NCBI GenBank assembly: GCA_003155695.1
Contig: PMDZ01000008.1
Location: forward strand, 39,362 to 103,361
DNA from: Candidatus Nomurabacteria bacterium
Lineage (GTDB): Bacteria > Patescibacteriota > Minisyncoccia > Phycocordibacterales > UBA9973
Length of the DNA: 64,000 nucleotides
Direction of reading: 5' to 3'
Shown: in pieces, positions 48,726 to 58,292 of the stretch
How positions within the stretch are numbered: the stretch's first letter is position 1
Layout: each line of letters begins with the position of its first letter
Notes under the pieces: generated by a model
Databases searched by the model: none
Told to the model about the DNA's origin: nothing
Seen by the model: the letters and a program-made list of their open reading frames with translations, nothing else
Position numbers and translations under genes: made by a program

Positions 48726-49754
48726 GTGAAGATATCACTTCTAGTCCCATGCTATAACGAAGAAAAATCCCTCGAGGCATCGATAAAATCATGCCTTAAT
48801 CAAACTCGCAAGTTTGATGAGTTGGTGTTTATTGACGATTCTTCAACAGATAAGACTCCGCAAATCCTCGCAAGTTTTGGGGATAAAATTATTACACATC
48901 GTGTACCAAAGAATACCGGTAATAAATCGAGAGCTCAAGAATTCGGATTTCAGTTCGTCACCGGCGATTTTGTAGTTACCACCGATGCCGATACGCTTCT
49001 CAAACCGAACTTTGTCGAAGAAATAGAAAAGAGTTTTCAAGACCCGAAAGTCGTTGCTGTCGCCGGTGTCGTGAAAAGTTTGCCGTATAATTGGCTCACA
49101 CTTTGCCGAGCATTCGATTATGTTGTCGGACAATATATTCACAAACTCGCCCAAAGCCACATGAATTTTATTTTCGTCATGCCCGGAGCGGCAAGCGCAT
49201 TTCGTGTCGAAACATTCCGTAAATACATTACCTTTGACCACGATACGATTACCGAGGACTTGGATTTCACCTACAAGATTCACCGCAATCAATTCAAGAT
49301 TGTTTACAATCAACAGGCAATTTCTTATACACAAGACCCGACAAACCTGAAAAATTATATCAACCAATTACGACGTTGGTTTGGTGGCGGTTGGCAAAAT
49401 GTAATTAAACATTACTCAATCATCGTAACAAAACCGATTCGTGCATTTGAGCTTTCGGTTATTTACGCCGAAGGACTGATTTTTTCCGTTCTTATATTTA
49501 TAATACCGTTTCTTAATCTTTGGTTTGCTTTTTGGTTTGTCTTCGGTTATTTTACGATAGCTTTTGTTTTTGCTGTTTGGGCAGCATGGAAAGAGAAGAG
49601 ATGGGCTCTCATTTTAGTGCCGTTCCCATATATTTTTATCATGTTTGTCAATGCCTATGTTTATCTTGAACAGTTTGTAAAAGAAGTCATTTTCAGAAAG
49701 AAAAATCTTGTGTGGTTCAAACCGGATCGAGTTACAATTACCAAAACATCATAA
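48726..49754 (+). CDS. processive family-2 glycosyltransferase (PgaC/IcaA/cellulose-synthase-like polysaccharide synthase)
   Basis: GTG start. Motifs: LLVPCYNEE, the D,D,D triad (FIDDSSTD; DADT) and Q-L-R-R-W. C-terminal TM helices are present. Confidence 0.75.
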   Translation: MKISLLVPCYNEEKSLEASIKSCLNQTRKFDELVFIDDSSTDKTPQILASFGDKIITHRVPKNTGNKSRAQEFGFQFVTGDFVVTTDADTLLKPNFVEEIEKSFQDPKVVAVAGVVKSLPYNWLTLCRAFDYVVGQYIHKLAQSHMNFIFVMPGAASAFRVETFRKYITFDHDTITEDLDFTYKIHRNQFKIVYNQQAISYTQDPTNLKNYINQLRRWFGGGWQNVIKHYSIIVTKPIRAFELSVIYAEGLIFSVLIFIIPFLNLWFAFWFVFGYFTIAFVFAVWAAWKEKRWALILVPFPYIFIMFVNAYVYLEQFVKEVIFRKKNLVWFKPDRVTITKTS

Positions 49755-49761
49755 TAATATT

Positions 49762-50229
49762 ATGCCTTTCACCCCATTTATTGGTATATCGGTAATAGTT
49801 CACATTTGTGTTATCTTCGGATGTTGGCTTTTCTCCTGGATACCGACAAAGGAAAAAATAGCTCAGGGCACAACATATGTCGGTTATGCCGTAAACTCCG
49901 GTATTATTGTTGCCGTCTTTATGCTAATTTTTATTCAAGCAGGTTTTCTTGTACACGCAAGCATCGTCGACAAACACTCTTCCGTAAAATTCTTCGCCAG
50001 CTCCATAACGCAAATTAAAAAAATTAAAATTCCGGAATTATTGAATATAGTTATTGCATCAACAAATGTTTCAAGCGGGACACAATTGTCCGATAATCCT
50101 ATGGCTGATTTATTGATAAAAAATCGAACAGACAATCCTTTTATATATCAAGTCGAACCCGTTAATAATTTTAATGATTATACATATATACAGTCGAAAT
50201 TGAATGATATATCAAAAACTTTTCAATAA
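49762..50229 (+). CDS. hypothetical membrane protein
   Basis: Two TM helices. The start is taken at the MPFTPFIG ATG, just after the GT2 stop. Confidence 0.4.
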   Translation: MPFTPFIGISVIVHICVIFGCWLFSWIPTKEKIAQGTTYVGYAVNSGIIVAVFMLIFIQAGFLVHASIVDKHSSVKFFASSITQIKKIKIPELLNIVIASTNVSSGTQLSDNPMADLLIKNRTDNPFIYQVEPVNNFNDYTYIQSKLNDISKTFQ

Positions 50230-50365
50230 ATTGGATGGGGATAACATAAATATACACCCCTTGCAAAAAATATAGATATGTGTTTATATAGGCGTAATAT
50301 ACATCTGAAGTCAGTATTAATAATAAGGTTAAAGTCGATTATAAGTTATAAATAAAAGATAAAAT

Positions 50366-52753
50366 ATGAAAAATTATACAAAACCGGTGTTTGTGAAAGT
50401 AGGAATGTTTATTGTTGTTATGTCACTTTTTATTGGTTCATCAGCTGTATCGGCTGCTGTCAATGTCGTTCCGAATGCTAATCTTGAGACCCAATCAAGT
50501 GGTAACCAAAATATTCCTGACCAATGGGAAAAGGGAACCAGCGACTTAGGTGACGTTGTTACTTACACATACCCAGTAACTAGTGCTCCAGTATCCGATA
50601 TTTCAAGTGGTAATGCCGCAAAAATTGAAGCTACTTCTTTTACTTCAGATAAGGGCGCAAAATGGTATTTCACTCCGGTTCCTGTAACTCCTGGTGAGCG
50701 ATATTCTTTCAGCGATTCATATATTGCTACATCCAATACTGATTTAGTTGGAGTTTTCTGTACAGATATTTATCAAAATAATTGTACTTATGATACAACT
50801 CATTCTGTATCTGCAACACCAACTGATACATGGGAACAAGCAACCGCTTCTTTTACGGTACCGATAGGTAAAACATATATGACGGTGTTTCATCGTATTC
50901 AAGTAGCTGGTTCACTAACTATTGATAATTATAATTTAACACTCATACCTCCACCATCTCCATTTGCATCCGGATTCGTAACACTTACTTTTGATGACGG
51001 ACTATTGTCACAATTTAATAATGCTCTATCTGTACTAAATGCCGGAAATGCAAAAGCAACTTTCTTCATTCCAACCCATTTTATTTCTGGTTTTTCTATT
51101 GTTAATCCTTCGTTTGAAAATGCGCCTGGAGGTAATCCAATTGATTGGACTCAATCGGGGGGAACATCTTCTTCAACATTTACTCTTTCTTCTGATTCTC
51201 ATAATGGTGGTGCTTGGGCAGGACAAGTCAGTGATACTGTGACTACTTTAAGTAATGCTGCTTGGTCTTTCACTCCGGTAACTGTTATTCCTGATACTAT
51301 TTATTCTTTTAAAGAATATTATAAGAGTACAGCAAATTCAGAACTCGTTGCGAAAGTAACTTTAGACGATAACTCTACTACAATAACTGCTGACGTTGTG
51401 GATAGTGGTGGCGCAACTTTAGGTATTAGCGTACCGCTTCCTGCATCTGCTGATTACACTCAAACTCAAGCATATTTCTATATGCCTACTAATGCTAAAT
51501 CAGTCACAATATTAAATAAATTAACTAGCGCTGGAACTCTTACTATCGACGATGTGTCACTTGGCAGAGAAGGATATATGACGAGTGACCAAGTGCTATC
51601 ACTTCAATCAGCAGGAAATGAAATCGGTGGCCATACACAAACACACCCAGACCTCACAACAGTTACACCAACAGATCTGACAAATGAAATTAGTGGTGGT
51701 CGCCAGGACCTTATTAGTAATGGCATAACTGCTCCAGTATCGTTTGCGTATCCATTTGGCGCATACAATACAACAATTCAAGACGCTCTCACAAGTGCAG
51801 GTTACACATCTGGTCGTACCGTTTTGCCATCTGGATTTAATGATTTATCTACTCCAAAACTGTCTCTCTTCTCTCAATCAATAGATGCAAATACTACACT
51901 AGATCAAGTAGCTAACTGGATTGCTGAAGCCAAAGCAAATAAGAGCTGGTTGATTTTAACATTCCATGATATACAAAATGATATTACAGGAACTCCATAT
52001 GGAACGACACCACAAATCCTTGCTGGAATTATTTCAGACGTAACATCAGAAGGTCTTCCTATAAAAACTGTTAGCGAGGGAGTTGAATTAATGGGTAATG
52101 TAACTCCACCAACTGACCCAGTTTGTACGCTTCCTCAAGTATTAGAGAATCATGTATGTGTTACTCCAGTAGTTACTGACCCAGTTTGTACACTTCCTCA
52201 AGTATTAGAGAATCATGTATGTATCACGCCGACAAGATGCGCATACAATTCGGACCTGTTAGCAAGCGACCCACTCTGTGTTGCTCCGGCAATGTGTCAA
52301 TACAATTCTAACTTGTTAGCGAGCGATAAAGATTGTGTAGCTCCGAAAACACCAACGCATCATATATCGTCAGGTTCTATTCCGATGTCTACCCAAGGTA
52401 GTGTTCTCGGCGCCAAGACTTCTTGTGGAATTTATATAGATAAGTTTTTAGGAATGGGACTTAAGGATAATGATGTGGAAGCTGTTGAAAAAATTCAAAC
52501 TTTCTTAAATGACAATATGTCTGCAGGACTTGTTGTTGATGGATTTTTTGGTGCTATGACCAATGATGCACTTAAAGCCTTCCAGCTTGCGCATGCAGAC
52601 AAAGTCTTGGAACCTTGGGGTCTGACTGCTCCAACCGGCATATTCTACTTAACCACTCAAACGGCAGTGAATAATATAATGTGTCCGGCCTTAGATTTGC
52701 CAATCCCAGTACTCACTCCGATAGCTCTAAATCCATTGTTTCCCAAAAAATAG
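50366..52753 (+). CDS. secreted CE4 (NodB) polysaccharide deacetylase with N-terminal CBM-like domain, a second CBM-like domain inserted into the catalytic domain, and a C-terminal PG-binding module
   Basis: NodB motifs are TFDDG; H-T-Q-T-H; AYPFG; L-T-F-H-D. About 215 aa separate motif 1 from motif 2. The C-terminal 130 aa are paralogous to the ends of the 22797 and 25084 proteins. Confidence 0.7.
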   Translation: MKNYTKPVFVKVGMFIVVMSLFIGSSAVSAAVNVVPNANLETQSSGNQNIPDQWEKGTSDLGDVVTYTYPVTSAPVSDISSGNAAKIEATSFTSDKGAKWYFTPVPVTPGERYSFSDSYIATSNTDLVGVFCTDIYQNNCTYDTTHSVSATPTDTWEQATASFTVPIGKTYMTVFHRIQVAGSLTIDNYNLTLIPPPSPFASGFVTLTFDDGLLSQFNNALSVLNAGNAKATFFIPTHFISGFSIVNPSFENAPGGNPIDWTQSGGTSSSTFTLSSDSHNGGAWAGQVSDTVTTLSNAAWSFTPVTVIPDTIYSFKEYYKSTANSELVAKVTLDDNSTTITADVVDSGGATLGISVPLPASADYTQTQAYFYMPTNAKSVTILNKLTSAGTLTIDDVSLGREGYMTSDQVLSLQSAGNEIGGHTQTHPDLTTVTPTDLTNEISGGRQDLISNGITAPVSFAYPFGAYNTTIQDALTSAGYTSGRTVLPSGFNDLSTPKLSLFSQSIDANTTLDQVANWIAEAKANKSWLILTFHDIQNDITGTPYGTTPQILAGIISDVTSEGLPIKTVSEGVELMGNVTPPTDPVCTLPQVLENHVCVTPVVTDPVCTLPQVLENHVCITPTRCAYNSDLLASDPLCVAPAMCQYNSNLLASDKDCVAPKTPTHHISSGSIPMSTQGSVLGAKTSCGIYIDKFLGMGLKDNDVEAVEKIQTFLNDNMSAGLVVDGFFGAMTNDALKAFQLAHADKVLEPWGLTAPTGIFYLTTQTAVNNIMCPALDLPIPVLTPIALNPLFPKK

Positions 52754-52802
52754 TATTAATTAATTTCAGTAATAAAAATACAGTTGTAATATATTATAAA
52801 AC

Positions 52803-55133
52803 ATGAAAAATCATATGAAATTGATTCCAATAAAACTAGGAATGTTGGTTGCTTTAATGGCGTTTTTGGTCGGCCCATCAAAAATATTCGCTTTAAGTTC
52901 CAGCAACCTTGTTCCAAACCCTCTTCTTGAAACTCCGTCGTCGGGTGATCCAAATATTCCCGACCAATGGGCAAAGGGGTATATTGACGCTAGCGATGTT
53001 GTTACTTACACATATCCAGTAACTAGTGCTCCCACATCCGATATATCTAGTGGTAATGCCGCAAAGATTGTCGCCACTACCGTTGTCTCCGGTACCGATG
53101 CCAAATGGTATTTTACTCCGGTTCCCGTAACTCCAGGCCAGCGATATGTTTTCAGTGATTCATATATATCCACAGTTGGTACGGATTTGGTTGCGTCATT
53201 CTGTACCGATATATTTCAAAATGGTTGCAGCTATGATACTTCTCAATCCATACCGGCAACACCAACCGATGTGTGGAAACAATCTTCGGCTTCATTTACG
53301 GTACCGATAGGCAAAACATATATGACGGTATTTCACCGCATACAAACAGCTGGTTCACTAACTATTGATAATTCTAGTTTGATACTCGTTCCACCACCAT
53401 CTCCATTTTCATTTGGATTTGTAACACTTACCTTTGATGACGGACTATTATCACAATTTACCAATGCCTTACCTGTCTTAGTTGCCGGAAGCGCAAAAGG
53501 AACTTTCTTTATTCCGACTCACTTTATTTCCGGTTTTTCTATTATTAATCCATCGTTTGAAAATGCAAATGGTATTAATCCAACCAACTGGTCTCATTCC
53601 GGTTCTTTAACTGCGACATACACATATTCTTCGGACGCCCATAACGGCACAAAGAGCGGACAAGTTGCTTCAACAACAGCTCTTAGTAATGCAGCCTGGT
53701 CTTTCGCACCGGTAACTATTATTCCCGATACTATTTATTCTTTCCAGGAATACTACAAGAGTACGGCAAGTTCGGAACTTGTTGCGAAAATGACTTTGAA
53801 TGACGGTACAACAATAAATGCCGATGTTGTGGATAGTGTGGGCAATACATTAGATAATAAAGTAACACTGCCTGCTGCCTCAAGCTATACTTCAACTCAA
53901 GCATATTTTTATATGCCACTTAACGCAAAATCAGTGACAATATTAAATCAGTTGACCGGTATCGGTACTTTAACTATTGACGATGTAACTCTGGGCAGAG
54001 AAGGGTATATGACCAGTAATCAAGTATCAACACTTCAAACCAAAGGAAATGAAATTGGCGGTCATACACAAACTCATCCAGATCTTACAACACTTACAAG
54101 TACCGATATGACGAATGAAATAAATGGTGGACGCCAGGATCTTCAGAGCAATGGTATAACTCCGGTTCTTTCATTCGCATATCCATTCGGTGCATATAAT
54201 ACAGCTATTCAGCAAGCACTCACAAATGCAGGTTATTCATCTGGTCGTACCGTTTTGCCATCCGGATTTAATGATTTATCTACTCCAAAATTATCCCTTT
54301 TCTCTCAAACAATAGATGCCAATACAACACTCGGTCAAGCGGAAAATTGGGTTGCTGAGGCAAAAGCAAACAAGAGTTGGTTGATTTTGACTTTCCATGA
54401 TATACAGAGCGACCTCACCAATCTTCCGTATGGAACAACACCAAAAAATCTTACGGATATTATTTCCTATATAAATACCGAGGGTATGCCGATAAAGACT
54501 ATCAGTGAGGGTGTTGCGTTGATGGGGGGGACACCGACTCCAACAGATGTCTGCCCGAACGTAACTGGTATGCAAACAACAGGTCCTTGCGCCGATACAC
54601 TCTGTGTGGCACCAAAAACCTGGAGTATATTAACTCAAACTTGTGTTGCTCCAGCTCCAGTTGATGTCTGCCCGAACGTAACCGGAGTTCAAACAACAGG
54701 TCCTTGCGCTGACACTCTTTGTGTGGCACCAAAAACTTGGAATATGACAACTCAAACTTGTGTTGCTCCAGCTCCAGTTGATGTCTGTCCGAATGTAACA
54801 GGAGTTCAAACAAAAAGTCCTTGCGCTGACACTCTTTGTGTATCACCAAAAACTTGGAATATAACAACTCAAACTTGTGTTGCTCCGGTTGATGTCTGTC
54901 CGAATGTAAGAGGAATACAGACAAAAGGTCCTTGCGCTGACACTCTTTGTGTGGCACCAAAAACTTGGAGAATATTAACTCAAACTTGTATTGCACCGGC
55001 TTCGGCGGATATTTGTCCCAAGGTAAAAGGAGTTCAAACAACAGGTCCTTGTGCCGATACTCTTTGTGTGGCACCAAAAACTTGGAGTATATTAACTCAA
55101 ACCTGTATCAAGTGGATATTTAGCTCAAAGTAA
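52803..55133 (+). CDS. paralogous CBM/CE4 deacetylase with C-terminal 5x tandem 39-aa Cys repeats (no PG-binding module)
   Basis: The N-terminal ~560 aa are collinear with the 50366 product, with the same NodB motifs. The C-terminus is DVCPNVTGVQTTGPCADTLCVAPKTW..TQTCVAPAPV repeated five times. Confidence 0.7.
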   Translation: MKNHMKLIPIKLGMLVALMAFLVGPSKIFALSSSNLVPNPLLETPSSGDPNIPDQWAKGYIDASDVVTYTYPVTSAPTSDISSGNAAKIVATTVVSGTDAKWYFTPVPVTPGQRYVFSDSYISTVGTDLVASFCTDIFQNGCSYDTSQSIPATPTDVWKQSSASFTVPIGKTYMTVFHRIQTAGSLTIDNSSLILVPPPSPFSFGFVTLTFDDGLLSQFTNALPVLVAGSAKGTFFIPTHFISGFSIINPSFENANGINPTNWSHSGSLTATYTYSSDAHNGTKSGQVASTTALSNAAWSFAPVTIIPDTIYSFQEYYKSTASSELVAKMTLNDGTTINADVVDSVGNTLDNKVTLPAASSYTSTQAYFYMPLNAKSVTILNQLTGIGTLTIDDVTLGREGYMTSNQVSTLQTKGNEIGGHTQTHPDLTTLTSTDMTNEINGGRQDLQSNGITPVLSFAYPFGAYNTAIQQALTNAGYSSGRTVLPSGFNDLSTPKLSLFSQTIDANTTLGQAENWVAEAKANKSWLILTFHDIQSDLTNLPYGTTPKNLTDIISYINTEGMPIKTISEGVALMGGTPTPTDVCPNVTGMQTTGPCADTLCVAPKTWSILTQTCVAPAPVDVCPNVTGVQTTGPCADTLCVAPKTWNMTTQTCVAPAPVDVCPNVTGVQTKSPCADTLCVSPKTWNITTQTCVAPVDVCPNVRGIQTKGPCADTLCVAPKTWRILTQTCIAPASADICPKVKGVQTTGPCADTLCVAPKTWSILTQTCIKWIFSSK

Positions 55134-55172
55134 GAGGAATACAAACAACAGGTCCTTCATGTGTTTTTTTCT
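54546..55172 (+). repeat. tandem DNA repeat, period 117 bp (one 111-bp unit), about 5.3 copies; last copy degenerate and extends past the stop codon
   Basis: Unit starts at ~54546, 54663, 54780, 54891 and 55008. A decayed partial unit (..gtaagaggaatacaaacaacaggtcct..) follows the TAA at 55133. Confidence 0.8.
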
Positions 55173-55217
55173 TTGCCTGTTGGGTAATTATAATTTTTGT
55201 TATATAATATATCGAGC

Positions 55218-56447
55218 ATGGCAGATAAAAAAATAACAGATATAAAAGCGGAACAAATACTAGATTCAAGGAAAAATCCGACTCTCAAAGTATCGGTTTA
55301 CGTTGGCGATATAATTGGAAGCTTTGAAGTTCCATCTGGCGCCAGTACCGGTAAATATGAAGCTTGCGAACTTCGTGATGGAGAAGGCGGGAAAAGTGGT
55401 GTTTTAAATGCAATTAATAAAATAAACACCATAATAAAACCTATTTTACTTGGAATAGAAGTAGACCAACAGAAGCAAATTGACGAGATAATGATAAAAC
55501 TCGACGGCACATCTCAAAAAACAAATTTGGGTGGCAACAGTATGATTGGCGTAAGTATTGCTTGTGCGAAGACTGCCGCTAAAGTCTCGGGAATGGAAGT
55601 TTATGAATATTTAAAGACTCTTGCTTCAATAACTTCATCTCGTAAAGAACCATTTTTATATTTTAACCTTATAAACGGGGGCAAACATGCCGCCACACGA
55701 TTGGCTTTTCAAGAATTCCATATTGTCCCCCAAACAGGAACATCAAGTGAAAGTGTCAGAATCAGTCAAGACATTCAAAAAAAATTAGATGAAATTATTC
55801 TAAAAGAGCTCGGTGGACCAATAAAAAAAGGAGACGAAGGAGGAGTAGCACTCGATGTGGAAGATATATTTGTGCCGCTTAAACTTTTACAAAAAGCCGT
55901 CACTGAGCTTGTATATACGGATAAAATAAAATATGCCCTAGACGTTGCGGCTAGTTCTTTCTATGACCACGATGCCGGTATCTACAAATTCATGAAAAAA
56001 GATTGGACAAAAGACGATATGATAAATCTTTACGAAAAAATTTGTCACGATTTCCCGATGATTTCCATAGAAGACCCATTTGATGAGGAAGATTTTGAAA
56101 GTTTTTCTAAATTGCAGGAAAAAATAAGCGATATAAAATTAATTGGCGATGATTTGACTGTGACCAATACAGTAAGGCTCCAAAAAGCCATAAATGAAAA
56201 AAGTATAAAAGGAATAATAATTAAACCAAATCAAATCGGAACTTTGACCGAGACACTCGAAACGATGAAGCTTGCCCGAAATAATAATATTGATTGTATT
56301 ATCAGCCACCGAAGCGGAGAAACAATGGATGATTTCATTGCTGACCTTGCCTGTGCCTTTGGTTGTTTCGGTATTAAAGCCGGAGCATTGGGACCACAAG
56401 AGCGAAACGTGAAATATGAGAGAATTATTAAAATAACAGAAAAATAA
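55218..56447 (+). CDS. eno: enolase
   Basis: [23 protein letters not shown], and IKPNQIGT blocks. The ATG at 55218 is preferred over 55197. Confidence 0.85.
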   Translation: MADKKITDIKAEQILDSRKNPTLKVSVYVGDIIGSFEVPSGASTGKYEACELRDGEGGKSGVLNAINKINTIIKPILLGIEVDQQKQIDEIMIKLDGTSQKTNLGGNSMIGVSIACAKTAAKVSGMEVYEYLKTLASITSSRKEPFLYFNLINGGKHAATRLAFQEFHIVPQTGTSSESVRISQDIQKKLDEIILKELGGPIKKGDEGGVALDVEDIFVPLKLLQKAVTELVYTDKIKYALDVAASSFYDHDAGIYKFMKKDWTKDDMINLYEKICHDFPMISIEDPFDEEDFESFSKLQEKISDIKLIGDDLTVTNTVRLQKAINEKSIKGIIIKPNQIGTLTETLETMKLARNNNIDCIISHRSGETMDDFIADLACAFGCFGIKAGALGPQERNVKYERIIKITEK

Positions 56448-56448
56448 T

Positions 56449-57237
56449 ATGCCATCAAAAACATATATAATCGCAACAATTGGGCCTTCGTGCGACAAAA
56501 AAGAAGTTATCACCGGCATGATAAAGCATCGTATGGACATGGCCCGTCTCAATTTTTCATGGGGAACCTACGAGTGGCATACTAGTGTCATAAAAAACAT
56601 TCGAGATGTCGCTAAAGAAAATAATCTTTCCATTCCCATTATTCAAGATTTGTCTGGGCCTCGAGTTCAAACCGGTGGTGAACATCATTTTGGCGGAGAC
56701 AAAGAGATAATTACAGAAAAAGATAGAGAGAATTTAATCTTTGGGATAGAACAAGGTTTAGAATATGTTGCATTATCTTTTGTCGGCCAAGCTTCCGATA
56801 TTATTGAATTAAAACAATTAATAAAAGAAAAAGGCGGCAACCAAAAGATTATCGCCAAGATAGAACGCAAGCTTGCTTATGAAAACTTAAGTGAAATTAT
56901 AAAAGAATCGGACGGCATTATGGTTGCTCGCGGAGATTTAGGAAATGAATTTCCTCTTGAAGAAATTCCTTTTGTCCAACATCATATTATAGAGGAATGT
57001 AAAAAAAACGGTAAAATGGTCATTGTTGCGACTCAGATGCTTTTATCAATGGTTCATAGTCCTACACCGACACGCGCCGAAGTTTCGGATGTGGCATATG
57101 CAATATTGGACGGTGCCGATGGAGTTATGCTTTCGGAGGAATCGGCTAAAGGGAATTACCCGGTGGAAGCAGTCGAAATGATGGAAAAGATTGCTTTGGT
57201 CGCCGAGAAACATATTAATAAAGATAAAATAGGATAA
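56449..57237 (+). CDS. pyk: pyruvate kinase-like protein, A (TIM-barrel) domain only; lacks B and C domains
   Basis: [15 protein letters not shown]...GPRVQTGG and [15 protein letters not shown]...[31 protein letters not shown] match pyruvate kinase core motifs. Total length is only 262 aa. Confidence 0.6.
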   Translation: MPSKTYIIATIGPSCDKKEVITGMIKHRMDMARLNFSWGTYEWHTSVIKNIRDVAKENNLSIPIIQDLSGPRVQTGGEHHFGGDKEIITEKDRENLIFGIEQGLEYVALSFVGQASDIIELKQLIKEKGGNQKIIAKIERKLAYENLSEIIKESDGIMVARGDLGNEFPLEEIPFVQHHIIEECKKNGKMVIVATQMLLSMVHSPTPTRAEVSDVAYAILDGADGVMLSEESAKGNYPVEAVEMMEKIALVAEKHINKDKIG

Positions 57238-57243
57238 AATATA

Positions 57244-58212
57244 ATGTCAAAACAAATTTATATTACAAGAAACATTCCGGAGACAGGTCTAAAATTATTA
57301 AGAGAGAAGGGGATTGCTTTTGATATCGGTAAATCAAAACTCTCTCCTACAAAAAAGGAAATTATCAAAGCTCTAAAGAAAAAGCCTTATGATGGTGTCA
57401 TTTCTTTTTTGACGGATAAGATTGATAAAGAAGTTTTTGAAGCTTGCCCGACAGCCAAAGTGTATGCCAACTTTTCTGTCGGTTTTGATAATGTGGATAT
57501 TGATGAAGCCAAAAAAAGAAATATCTGTGTTTCAAATACGCCAGGCACAGCTTCTAATGCCGTAGCTGAGTTTACCATCTCTCTTATCCTTACATTGACT
57601 ACTAGAATTGATGAAGGAGATAGATTTATGCGTAAAGGCAAATATAAGGGCTGGGACCCGAATTTACTTATTGGGACAGATTTGAAAGGTAAAACCGTCG
57701 GATTGATAGGCGTCGGTCAAATAGGAACCGAAGTCGCGAAAATTTTACACTTTGGTTTTGGTTCAAACGTCATATACAGCGATATTGCTCCAAATCCAGT
57801 ACTGGAACAAATCACAGGTCCGACGAGAAAAGAAACTGCCGAAGTCCTTCGTGAAGCCGATATTGTTTCTCTTCATGTACCATTACTCCCAAGTACTCAC
57901 CATCTGATAAACAAAGAAGCTCTTGCGTCTATGAAAAAAAATGCATTTTTGATTAATACTTCAAGAGGCGCTGTGATTGACGAAAAAGCTTTGGTTTATG
58001 CCCTTCGAAATAATGTCATTCGCGCAGCGGCGATTGATGTCTATGAATTTGAACCAAAACTAACCAAAGGTTTGACCAAATTATCTAATATCGTCCTTAC
58101 TCCTCATATCGCCTCGGCTCGCCAATCGGTTCGTGACCTTATGTCCGAAGTCGCTGCCAAAAATATTATTTCCGTTTTAGAAACCGGAAAAGTAATTAAC
58201 AGCGTTTTTTAA
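57244..58212 (+). CDS. D-isomer-specific 2-hydroxyacid dehydrogenase (GhrA/SerA-like)
   Basis: Rossmann GLIGVGQIGTEVAK, with the catalytic R..E..H arrangement (..TSRG...D; ..TPHIAS). Confidence 0.8.
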   Translation: MSKQIYITRNIPETGLKLLREKGIAFDIGKSKLSPTKKEIIKALKKKPYDGVISFLTDKIDKEVFEACPTAKVYANFSVGFDNVDIDEAKKRNICVSNTPGTASNAVAEFTISLILTLTTRIDEGDRFMRKGKYKGWDPNLLIGTDLKGKTVGLIGVGQIGTEVAKILHFGFGSNVIYSDIAPNPVLEQITGPTRKETAEVLREADIVSLHVPLLPSTHHLINKEALASMKKNAFLINTSRGAVIDEKALVYALRNNVIRAAAIDVYEFEPKLTKGLTKLSNIVLTPHIASARQSVRDLMSEVAAKNIISVLETGKVINSVF

Positions 58213-58292
58213 TAATTGGAAAAAACCCTTACAAAATATACTTATAGTAAGGATTTTTTGTGTTTACTTTAAATCTAAAATGGTTTACAATT

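Noticed and set aside
54546-55172. Possible CRISPR array (regular ~117-bp periodicity)
   Set aside because: The repeats are in frame inside a CDS and encode a Cys-rich peptide repeat. There are no short unique spacers between short direct repeats, and no cas genes. It is a protein-coding tandem repeat.
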